Shown piece after piece: positions 10,249 to 19,800 of a DNA stretch of 64,000 nt; the stretch's first letter is position 1; every line of letters starts with the position of its first letter. The position numbers were made by a program, and so were the translations under genes. Under the pieces are notes generated by a model. That model was not told the DNA's origin, searched no databases, and saw only the letters and a list, made by a program, of their open reading frames with translations. The DNA is from Schizochytrium sp. TIO01 (Eukaryota; Protista; Bigyra: Labyrinthulomycetes), in contig SMSO01000035.1 of the NCBI GenBank assembly GCA_004764695.1, forward strand, positions 1,488,001-1,552,000. The letters run 5' to 3'.

Positions 10249-12741
10249 ATGGCAAGCTCACCGAAGCAGCCCAATGGAACTACAGACAAGGCAATCGCGA
10301 AAGGCCAAACCCCTGCAAGGGATGAACTACGAACAACACAAATCGAAATAAGTCGCATAACTGGCTCTAGTAAGCATGAATTTCTGCGACTCTTGGAAGT
10401 ACCATACGAACTCAGTACCAAGCTCCCAAGTAAACTCACACATACAGTTCGAATCTATCAGAAACTTTATGGTATTGCAACCCCTGCTTTGAAAGATGAC
10501 CTGCCGGTCAGCCATGGTGAGAATACTCTTGCAAAGGCATTACATCAATGTGCTCTTTCCTCAGAGGCCTGGAACATTATGAACCACCCGACACGTTTGC
10601 GTAAGACGTCCACCTTACTTATGCAGGATGTTGATAAGCTACGAAACAATCTCGAGCATTGGATGGATGCTTTTATCCGGAACGAATATCACGATCTTGC
10701 TGCAAATCTCGTGGATCATAAGCACGGCGCATTCTTGAACGGTGTGGCAATCTTACAGACGATTAACAATCTTTACCAGCAAGCGTTTGCGGCTCTGCGT
10801 CCCTGCATGGCGAACCTTGAAACCTTCAACGAACGTAAAGATGGCATGGTCGAACTCCGTAAAATCGATCCCGATGTTCTCATTCCATGCATTAACTCGG
10901 AAACCTACCAAATGATTGAAAAGGAGGTAGAGGAGGTTCTTGTGAGTCACCGCAACGTCCCGATGAAGTCGCGTCTCGAAGGTCGTTCAATCTTGCGAAA
11001 GATTGACGAAGTAAAGCACATATTATTCAACGTAAAATCTAATAGTGCTTCAAATGAAGCTGATGCTACTTTTGAGGACCCAGAACATAAAGGATGGGTA
11101 TTCGATGGTCTCGACAAATGCATTCAGAGAGCGCGAGTATTTCGAACTGATGGAGGTGAGCCTGGGTTGTACAAAGTATTTGCACAAGCGCAAAGCGTAC
11201 ACCCTGGTAGTATGAAAGCACGTGGCGCTCAAAGAATGCCAGAAGCTCGTCTTAATAAGCGATACTCAATTGAATCGCTATTTGGTGTTGATGAGGATCG
11301 CATTGTGAGCTTTTTGCGAAAGCGATGCATGGCTCTCTTACAAAATGAACTTTTAGTGGATATGTATACCTTGTGCACATGCCTATTAACAATTGGTACA
11401 GCCATGGCAGAAGCTCTCCAGCAAACAGAATATCTTTCAGAGTTTATTGCGCATGGGCATGTGATTGCATCGCACATTATTGGAGCTACACTTCCTCTGA
11501 TGGAGAGAACGTTGGATTTCGAACCAAAACTGGTACAATTCAATATAGCACATTTAACTCTTCGTGGCCTAGCGCACGAGCAGGGGCCAAATGGGTCAAT
11601 GCATCGACAAGTTCGAAAGATGCGCGTAGTGAATCAGATTCTAGAAGGTCTAGATGTTTATGTCTTCCCTAGGTCAATACCGATCCATGAGGCTGCTGTC
11701 CGTATTATATCCCATAGTAGCCTTGACTCAAACATCGTTCTAACAGCAGGTGATGATAGGGCTATACGAATCTGGGATTTGCGGACTGGAGAATGTATCG
11801 GGCTCTTCGTTGGCCACAAATCGGTAGTATCATGGTGCGCTTTCACGCCTAACGATCAGTCGATCGTAAGCACATCATTCGACATGACAATTAAAATTTG
11901 GGATAGTCGAACAGGGCGCTGCAAGAACACCCTTATCGGGCACACAGATGCGATATTGGATGGAGATGTTAGTTCAAATGGCAAACTTGTTTTGTCTGCA
12001 AGTATGGATAGTACTGTAAGAATTTGGTCCATCGATACTGGTACTTGCTTTCGAGTTTTTCAGGGCCATCGTTTAGGATCATGGGTGAAATGTGTCAAGT
12101 TCCTACCTGATAATTCCAACTTTGTGTCAGCTGGGCTGGACGGTCATATTGCTTTATGGACGCTCAAAAATGCTCCTCCAGTCACGCAGCAACGGAATAA
12201 CAAGAACACCCGATCGAATAAGCGTCTTCCTGTAGCGCATATGAGCCCAACTCACTCATTTCGAGGTGTGACATCTACAGAGCCTGAAGGCAAAGGAGGT
12301 GAAAAGGATTCATCTGTGCAATATGATCATCGAAATGAAGAACATTTGCATCCACTCTTTGTTTGGACTGATGTGCATCATGATTCTATCATCAACATTA
12401 CTATGCTTGATCGGCCAGATGGACAGAGTCCTTTGCTGTACACAGCCTCCAAAGATGGATCACAGCAAATTATTGACCTTGGAACAATGGAGCTCTGTAA
12501 GAGTATTATTGCGTCCGGAGATTCGACGTGGGCTTTATCTATAGCAATATCATTCGATCGCAGATATTTTGCAATCGCACATTATGACAATACAATCCAA
12601 GTTCATGCTGTTCATAATTACGCCATGCTTCGACGAATCCATGTCCAAAATCATGGGATTACTCGAATAGCCTTTTCTTCAGATTCACGACACTTGCTTG
12701 TAGGTTCTTCAGCTGGCAACTTACAAATTCTCAGTCTATAG
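10249..12741 (+). CDS. WD40-repeat protein with about 480-aa uncharacterised N-terminal region
   Basis: First ATG at 10249. Clear GH...WD repeats (TAGDDRAIRIWD, GHKSVV...STSFDMTIKIWD, GHTDAI...SASMDSTVRIWS, GHRLGSWV...SAGLDGHIALWT). Confidence 0.9.
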   Translation: MASSPKQPNGTTDKAIAKGQTPARDELRTTQIEISRITGSSKHEFLRLLEVPYELSTKLPSKLTHTVRIYQKLYGIATPALKDDLPVSHGENTLAKALHQCALSSEAWNIMNHPTRLRKTSTLLMQDVDKLRNNLEHWMDAFIRNEYHDLAANLVDHKHGAFLNGVAILQTINNLYQQAFAALRPCMANLETFNERKDGMVELRKIDPDVLIPCINSETYQMIEKEVEEVLVSHRNVPMKSRLEGRSILRKIDEVKHILFNVKSNSASNEADATFEDPEHKGWVFDGLDKCIQRARVFRTDGGEPGLYKVFAQAQSVHPGSMKARGAQRMPEARLNKRYSIESLFGVDEDRIVSFLRKRCMALLQNELLVDMYTLCTCLLTIGTAMAEALQQTEYLSEFIAHGHVIASHIIGATLPLMERTLDFEPKLVQFNIAHLTLRGLAHEQGPNGSMHRQVRKMRVVNQILEGLDVYVFPRSIPIHEAAVRIISHSSLDSNIVLTAGDDRAIRIWDLRTGECIGLFVGHKSVVSWCAFTPNDQSIVSTSFDMTIKIWDSRTGRCKNTLIGHTDAILDGDVSSNGKLVLSASMDSTVRIWSIDTGTCFRVFQGHRLGSWVKCVKFLPDNSNFVSAGLDGHIALWTLKNAPPVTQQRNNKNTRSNKRLPVAHMSPTHSFRGVTSTEPEGKGGEKDSSVQYDHRNEEHLHPLFVWTDVHHDSIINITMLDRPDGQSPLLYTASKDGSQQIIDLGTMELCKSIIASGDSTWALSIAISFDRRYFAIAHYDNTIQVHAVHNYAMLRRIHVQNHGITRIAFSSDSRHLLVGSSAGNLQILSL

Positions 12742-13091
12742 ATTGAGATTAAGTCAATTCATATAAGATCCCATCTTCCTTAGGTCACGGACTGGAAAGC
12801 TGATCTTTCTTTATAAAGTTTCTAGGCTATATAGTCTCAGTAGCTGTGCTTTTAAAGTTCAAGAGCACAGGACTTGAAGACAGACGTTGATTTGGTATAA
12901 TAGTGCATGTGAGTAGACTCTTCAGACAGTCGATGAATGCATAGTATGTCTTTGAAAGAGATTGCGTTCATTGAAAAACCTTAAAAAATGAAAGAAAAAA
13001 TATTAATTCTGCTAAGTATGTTCTATAGAATTTGAGTACATGGTTGTTATAATGGTAAGTCTCTTATGTTGAAGAGTAGTTGTGACAAACT

Positions 13092-15470
13092 CTAACCAAG
13101 TGCAATCTCACGGCCAACACTTTCGTCAATGACGTCATCAACAGCATCCTCCGCCTCTTCTTCAGCAGCAAGATATCTCTCTTCAGCATTGTATTTCGTA
13201 CAATCTCTCTGCGCTGAAGTTGCATGGAAAGCTTCAGCATTCTCTTTGTCACGCTTCATTTGGAGAGCCGCTGCAGTTCCCTCAGCTGCAAGGCGCTGGT
13301 CTTCCTCAGTCTCCCTAAGATGGCGCAGGTAAGCACGCTTGTCCAAATGCAGACCATGTGTAAAGAAGAGCACCACTAAGACAACTAACATGACTCCGAG
13401 CATAGCAGAAGAATCCATCATTCCCCAGACAATGAGAAATGGGGATGCCACTAGAAAGGCCTTGAAGACATAGATCGCCAAAAATGTAATAGGCAGTCGG
13501 CTCAAGAAATATATCTCTTCAGGACCTTCATGCATCAGGTCAAAAAAGCACAACAAGCCCATCACCACAGTGAGAGGAATTGCACAAAAAGCATACTCAT
13601 GGTAAACTGTTGTAACAAAGCCAGGATCCTCGACAAAGGCCCAAACGGTAATTCCACCAACAGCACTGAGTGCGATCATAAAGATAGGCATGAGAAAGGA
13701 AACGATAATTCCACGGTAACGAGATGTACGTGCAGCCATTGTTGCAGGTGTAAAGCGTTGAATAAAGAAATAGTTCGTTTTGGTTGCACTAATCACTGCA
13801 AACCCCAAGACGAAGTTTCCATAGTATCGTACTGCCTGCACAACATCGGCATTGATAATACTGAGAATTCCTTCTCCGATCATAATGAGACCGAGTTCAC
13901 TCTCGCGGTGAGCCACAAATCCAATATCCACCGGGAGAGTACTTTCATTATGAATTTGACCAATAAGAACTTCGAAGAAGAGGACAATGTAGGAGAGATA
14001 ATGGCCGGCACCCCAAAGAAAGACGGTCACAAGCACGTTAACTTCGTGCCATGCTGTCACGAAACTGCAAATTAACAATGCAATAGTAATGGCCGATGAC
14101 ATGATCATCCTACGAGCCGAACCACGTGCCTGTGCGTGTGAACGGCGGTAGGTAAACCAAATCTCAAGGGACTGAGCAATGAGAATCACTTCGAAAAGTA
14201 ATTTTACGGATGCAAAAGTGTACATGTACACGATGAAACGCTCGCTTGTCGCTTCAAGCTGTACACGAACAAGGACCTCACTGGAAAGAAAGCCCACAAG
14301 GCCAAATTGAACCAGAGTTACCACACGGTGAAAAACATCTCCTGTAACAAAAGTAGCCTGCAGGAGATTATGCTTGTTCCAGCAATCCAGGACAGCAGAT
14401 GCCTCAAAAATGTAAAGTACAAGCGTCGAGAAGCTGAAGTTGCTGAGATCTGAGAAGTCAACATGGTTGAGACGGTAGGCCAGAGCAACAATAGTCAAAT
14501 CATAGAAAAGATTTTGCCATTCCATTTCATGGGCAGCATGAAGGTTGTTCCAATCCAAGCGAGGCAAAAAGGGACGATAAAACGCAGTTTCAAACATGAC
14601 ACTCTTCACAACCCGAAAGCAAGTCTTATATAAGGACCTTGACGGAACGTAGTTTCTACGTGAGGATCCGTTGATACCTGAAGATAGACGCTTACGAAGC
14701 ACATGGAGGCTTTCGTTGCTGGCATTACTCAATGTGCGCACCATTCGTCCAAAGCCGCTATTGCGCCGCGAATTCGTTGAGGAAGAACTATCGGAACGCT
14801 CAACTGGAGTAACTTTAATGACTTCGTTTTCTTCATCAAGAACATTGGACATGGAATCTTGTTCCTGGAGAAGTCGTTCGCGCTCGCGTTGTTCGCGACG
14901 AAGACGCACAAAACGCTTGAGTTTGCCAATGGCAATGATAGCTGCCACAGTGCGGTTGAGTTTGCGCTTACGTTTGAAGCGGCCACGGACAATATCAAAA
15001 ATCAAAAGACCCAGAAGCATAAGGTCAGCAATGAGAATAATGTAGACGGGATCCAAGTGTTTAGAGGTACCAAGGCATAAGAATGAGCACGGGACGACAA
15101 CAAGACGAAGGAACCAAATCCGCTTCTTTTCATGGCCGTGACCGAACTGAATACGTCGACGCGCACGGCACTTTTTAGCAGTGCGAACATTCAATTTGGG
15201 GCGTTGCTGAATCGTTTGGCCATTGACTGTATTACTTTCAGGCTGATTTGAAGTGCCAGGAGAGGCCGGGGCCTCAATGTCCCCGTTTTTTGCTGCAAGT
15301 TGTTCTTTGTTCGGAGTGAGGTTTCCATCAGAACTGTCCGTGCTATTGTCATATTCTGAAGATTCCAAGCCCCATACCACTGTCGTCATCGCAATTTTTA
15401 GGACGTGTCCAGTTGACGAAAATGCCAAGTTCCTGTGAGATATCAACTTGAAGGATTTGTTGCACTGCAA
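13092..15470 (-). CDS. LtrA (low temperature requirement A)-like multi-pass membrane protein, C-terminal part; probably continuous with 15349..16845
   Basis: 792-codon frame with a non-ATG start; EWQNLFYDLTIV and HRESELGLIMIGEGILSI resemble the LtrA motifs WxELFxDLVFV and ERxGLxxIIxLGE; many hydrophobic helices. Confidence 0.78.
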   Translation of the reverse strand: MQCNKSFKLISHRNLAFSSTGHVLKIAMTTVVWGLESSEYDNSTDSSDGNLTPNKEQLAAKNGDIEAPASPGTSNQPESNTVNGQTIQQRPKLNVRTAKKCRARRRIQFGHGHEKKRIWFLRLVVVPCSFLCLGTSKHLDPVYIILIADLMLLGLLIFDIVRGRFKRKRKLNRTVAAIIAIGKLKRFVRLRREQRERERLLQEQDSMSNVLDEENEVIKVTPVERSDSSSSTNSRRNSGFGRMVRTLSNASNESLHVLRKRLSSGINGSSRRNYVPSRSLYKTCFRVVKSVMFETAFYRPFLPRLDWNNLHAAHEMEWQNLFYDLTIVALAYRLNHVDFSDLSNFSFSTLVLYIFEASAVLDCWNKHNLLQATFVTGDVFHRVVTLVQFGLVGFLSSEVLVRVQLEATSERFIVYMYTFASVKLLFEVILIAQSLEIWFTYRRSHAQARGSARRMIMSSAITIALLICSFVTAWHEVNVLVTVFLWGAGHYLSYIVLFFEVLIGQIHNESTLPVDIGFVAHRESELGLIMIGEGILSIINADVVQAVRYYGNFVLGFAVISATKTNYFFIQRFTPATMAARTSRYRGIIVSFLMPIFMIALSAVGGITVWAFVEDPGFVTTVYHEYAFCAIPLTVVMGLLCFFDLMHEGPEEIYFLSRLPITFLAIYVFKAFLVASPFLIVWGMMDSSAMLGVMLVVLVVLFFTHGLHLDKRAYLRHLRETEEDQRLAAEGTAAALQMKRDKENAEAFHATSAQRDCTKYNAEERYLAAEEEAEDAVDDVIDESVGREIALG

Positions 15471-16845
15471 GAAGGAAAGTGGCCACTGCGAGAGATGCGC
15501 CTAAAAACCAAAAGTACTTTTCACGATTATGAGAGTACTTATAGGCCTCGTACTCTGCCTCCTCGACATCGTCAACAATCTCTAGATCTGGGTACAGCTT
15601 TTCCTGCAGATAAAGTTGCTTTTTCAAAGCAACACCGCACGCCACCAGTGCACAAGAGTAAGTACCAAAGGACTCAATCCAGAGTGTTGCTACGATCCGG
15701 GGCCCGCGTAGTAAAATATGGTCATTTTCATTGAAGGGAAGGGTGGTAAAGTGAAGTAGCTGGAGCATACCCATCATTGCATAGGAGAGGAAAAATAATG
15801 CAATCCATTGCACAGTAGATCTGGGCACGTCCTCGTCACGATCAAGACCTGCAAAAATAATGATCTGAAGAACGCCTTCGCCCAGCATAAGCATAGTAAA
15901 CTGTCCAAACCGGAGAATGCAAAAGCCGACGTCCCAAGGAATACTGTTTTCCTTTGTCAGTCCTTTTGACAATAAAAGCGTCTGCCATGCAACACGAGAC
16001 GCGAGGTATGCGAGAAGCCAGACCACCGCTACAGCGACTAGAGATTGATCACAGAGAATAAGAATCATGGACACAATAAGCAAAATCACTGGAACTGTTT
16101 CCATACACACAGCGATAAGTGCATATTTCTTTGCGTATATATGCTCCTTTTCGAAGATATAGAGTTCAAGCCATATGCCGAGAATAAGGAGATGGTTGAC
16201 GATCATACAGACAGTAAAACCGAGAGCTTGTCCGCCAGAGTAGTCTTGGAGTTCCGATACTTCTGTGAGTTGGTGAGCTGCAAGAACCAAAAGAAGAGCC
16301 TGCACTAGGAAGATGAGGCTGTGAAAATTATCCTCAAATTTCAGCATGGCATCAAAAGATAACCTAGAGTACCATGCGCCATACATAAGAAGAATTGTAG
16401 CTAAGAAAATAAGCACGTTTTCTCCAGAAAGGTGTTCACCGAGTAGGGAGCCGCTACGAAAACTTACACCAACGTACAAAAGATCAAAGTACAACTGCGA
16501 GCTCTGCACGTGTCGATCCTCACGCCGGACACCCCATTGGTACAGCGCACGAGGGGGCTTATAAAATGGGCGTTGATGGCGTGGAGTTTCGTGATGGTGA
16601 TGGTGATGCTCATCATGATGGCCATCCCCATCTTTGTGCTCGTGGTGGTGACTACTTTTACCGCGATGCTGCTCTGTGTGGCTTGACGAAACATGTGACA
16701 CTGTCTCCTCTTCTTCTTGTTGTCTCAAAGCAGACTCTTCGTCAGGGAGTCCGAGTGTGGAATCACGTCTTGTGAAGAGTTCCGGGCCACGGGGTCCAAG
16801 ATCAGAGCTTGCACGCCTTACAACGACGCATAACTCGGGATCCAT
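15349..16845 (-). CDS. LtrA-like multi-pass membrane protein, N-terminal part with His-rich leader
   Basis: 498-aa ATG-initiated ORF; SSQLYFDLLYV and LRFGQFTMLMLGEGVLQI are LtrA-like; overlaps the next ORF by 122 nt in another frame. Confidence 0.8.
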   Translation of the reverse strand: MDPELCVVVRRASSDLGPRGPELFTRRDSTLGLPDEESALRQQEEEETVSHVSSSHTEQHRGKSSHHHEHKDGDGHHDEHHHHHHETPRHQRPFYKPPRALYQWGVRREDRHVQSSQLYFDLLYVGVSFRSGSLLGEHLSGENVLIFLATILLMYGAWYSRLSFDAMLKFEDNFHSLIFLVQALLLVLAAHQLTEVSELQDYSGGQALGFTVCMIVNHLLILGIWLELYIFEKEHIYAKKYALIAVCMETVPVILLIVSMILILCDQSLVAVAVVWLLAYLASRVAWQTLLLSKGLTKENSIPWDVGFCILRFGQFTMLMLGEGVLQIIIFAGLDRDEDVPRSTVQWIALFFLSYAMMGMLQLLHFTTLPFNENDHILLRGPRIVATLWIESFGTYSCALVACGVALKKQLYLQEKLYPDLEIVDDVEEAEYEAYKYSHNREKYFWFLGASLAVATFLLAVQQILQVDISQELGIFVNWTRPKNCDDDSGMGLGIFRI

Positions 16846-19800
16846 GATGAGTTGAGTTTATCACTTGTTCGCTGGCTTAAGCTCACACAACGACACTTGA
16901 GCAATATGAATCTAGTAAAGAGATCTTGCAACTTTCTTCTTCCTTCGTGTGGAATCCAGGGTAGTACAATTCAGTCTATTCTTGTTATAGATCAACACTA
17001 CTGCCAACAACTACTATTACTAATAGTGCTACAATTACCCCTCTAGGAACGATCACGATGATGATGGCCACAACCCTAGTCTCCCTTATCAAGGTACTCT
17101 ACTAATCGCGGGCTGCTCCTTGGACTCGTTCGTGATGTGTGCGCAGATCTCGCGAAGGATCACTTATTTGTAACAAGATGAGTCGTTTAATGTACGACAG
17201 CGTTTGAAGGTGGGTGCAGGAGTCGGCTTGGTTTCCTGTAACCAAATAAAAACCACACACGAATCCTCAAGGAAGCCCTCCTCACGGTACTATTCTAGAC
17301 TCACGCTCAATCAATTTCTAAGAGAGAAGCAACTATAATCTACTCGTCCCAATGATGCGCTCTAGGTCCCTCACTGTTCACGAATCATGAAAGTAAATAA
17401 CCAAAATACTCTATATACCACCGTGTGTGACAAGCGCTGCTCTCAGTGATAGCCCCAATCCAGCACAACAATCCGACCTTTTGCCAGAGGACTTTAATTT
17501 ATCACTGTTTTGACCTACGGCAGCAACCGTGAGCTCAATCTTCTGCTCCACAACAGCTTCGTCAAAAGAATTGCTAGTAGCGATAAAACAGGTCTTGAAC
17601 CACGCGTTCTGAAACAATCAATGTGAAAAACAGGCTCTTCAGCAAACGGCAAGTAAACCCTTAGATAACCCCACTAATCCACACAAGCACTGCCGTATCC
17701 TTGGCGAGCTAGTGATGTTGGTGGTGGCGGTGGCGATAGCGGCAGAAGTTGTCTTTGCTTCAGCTACTTGGTGACTGACTGAATGTCCAGGTTTACTTCT
17801 TTAGCTAATCGCGATTCCTGGTATCGCAATTAGGTTAGCTTTTCCTCTTTATTGGGGTTTGCAAGGAGGCGCCAAGGTCGCTAGCTAGCCAACAGGTCAC
17901 CAGCCGATCTAGCAGATCAACCAGCCAGGCACTGCGCAAGCACGCAGGGGTGGAGTCGGAAAGAAGCGAGTTGCAGCGGAAACGCTGCTTTGGCAAACAA
18001 ACTATGGGCTTCCTGTCCGAGATCGCTTCGAGGCTGGACCAGCAAAAGTCCAAGCAGCTTTGCGCTGGGACTCGGGCCGTTTCCTCCCCTGACCCCAAAC
18101 AGCCACCCTGGCTCCCTCCGCCAGGCACGACGGGCCCCCGTGCTCTGGACTAGGGTTCTGCCGCTCGCGCCTGGAAACGAGCGCGATGAAACAATTTGAA
18201 TTATTTTGAATTGAACGTGAACGATTTCAAATGAGTGGAATTGATTGAAATGAATTTTGATTCTTCTTCCGCAGAGTCATCAGAACAGAACACTACTATA
18301 TTCCACCTACCGCAAACTATACCCCAAACACCATCATTGAAAGAAAGGCTCCAAAGGAAAGAGAAGCTTTCTTTTGAGCTTCCAAGGTGAACGAAGTTCA
18401 GGTAAAGCTACCCTTACCAGATACCACTATCCACTCCTACCCATACATTGGAACGCGTTCTTATCCACTCTGACCATTTCGGGCTACTACATTTTAGGGT
18501 AGATGGCCATTAGGGTACTCCACGAACTGCCAGGAAGCCGCCTCAGAGGAGACATATGGAAGAGGTGAACATCGGGAAGCAGGGGTAGCAAAATTGGCGC
18601 TCATGATCAGATGATACAAGTTGTGCTATAGTCCTCATGTTATGCTCATACCGCGGATAGAAACTCGTCTAACATTTTAGTGGGAAGGAGGAATCGTTCC
18701 GTTCTTGATACGGCATGGTCTCCCAAGAAAGAAAGAGATGCATCCAACAGTTTGTTATAAACTAGTAACAAAGTGTAGCAGTCTTGGTCCATACTAACGT
18801 AGGGTGGGAGCCTCGCATCATGCTTAATGGTATGAAAAGATAGCAATAGGAGAGGTTGATTGTTAAAAGCACGGTTCACGCAGGCCCTCATCCTCGCCCT
18901 TCTTACGCCTTTGCCGAGCGCGGGAACGGTTGACCCAGCCTCCTTCCGCAGGTTCTGTGCGCCTACTGAGGTGCGATTGCAGTTGGTGGAGAGACCTTCA
19001 AGCTTAGATTGCGTGTTCGAAGGCCGGCGCTCTAATGGCTGTTTGTTGTTTCCTGAGCGAGCGGACGACGCGTCGAAGAAAGACCTAGGTATTACAATCC
19101 AGATTTGACGAGGAGTGAATAACTCTACGAGAAAGGCTCAGAAGCACAGTTTTGCAATGGTGCTGGGTTCGAAACTTGGCTGACAGCGGTCCTGCCATGG
19201 CTTGCCTTGGCTTGCTTGGGTTCATAAACGACGTAGTGTGGGGCGAAATATACGATTGGTGGACTTGCAGACCTTTGTACGTTTGCGAAGGCCAGGCAGG
19301 TTAGGCAAGAAAAGTTGAGGTTGTTTCAAGAATATGGGGATTTGGTTTACAAAGGTCGAGATAATGTCTCAAATGACCCCATTGTCTGTTATTATCAACT
19401 TGGTGCTTAAATTGTTTGCTGCCGTGTTTAGTTGTCCTGGTTGAGAAAATTGTGTGTCTTCAACAAGATCAATATCATGAGGTGGGCTGCTGTGCTTGCG
19501 GATGGATAGCATGTGCCTATCCCGATATCTTGTTCATATCTCAAAGTAAATTCTGTGATATTTTTTCACCATTCAGAAACAGGTCATACAGACTTACGAG
19601 CTGAGCACAAGCAAAAAGAAGCGTGTATTCTTCTATATAGAGGGACACAGAGTGTTTCACGCATTTGTTTATTGCATTTCTCGAGCTGATGCTTCTGGGA
19701 AGGGTGTGTGTAAATGGTTCAACATGGCTGTTTACATTCAATTATTTGTATAAAGTTCGGGCATTATTGATCTTCAGAGTCTCGTTATAAGACGTGAAGT

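Noticed and set aside
19135-19190. GGGTTCGAAAC T-loop-like motif suggesting a tRNA or SINE
   Set aside because: The T stem is mostly G-U pairs, and no acceptor stem or D arm could be built.
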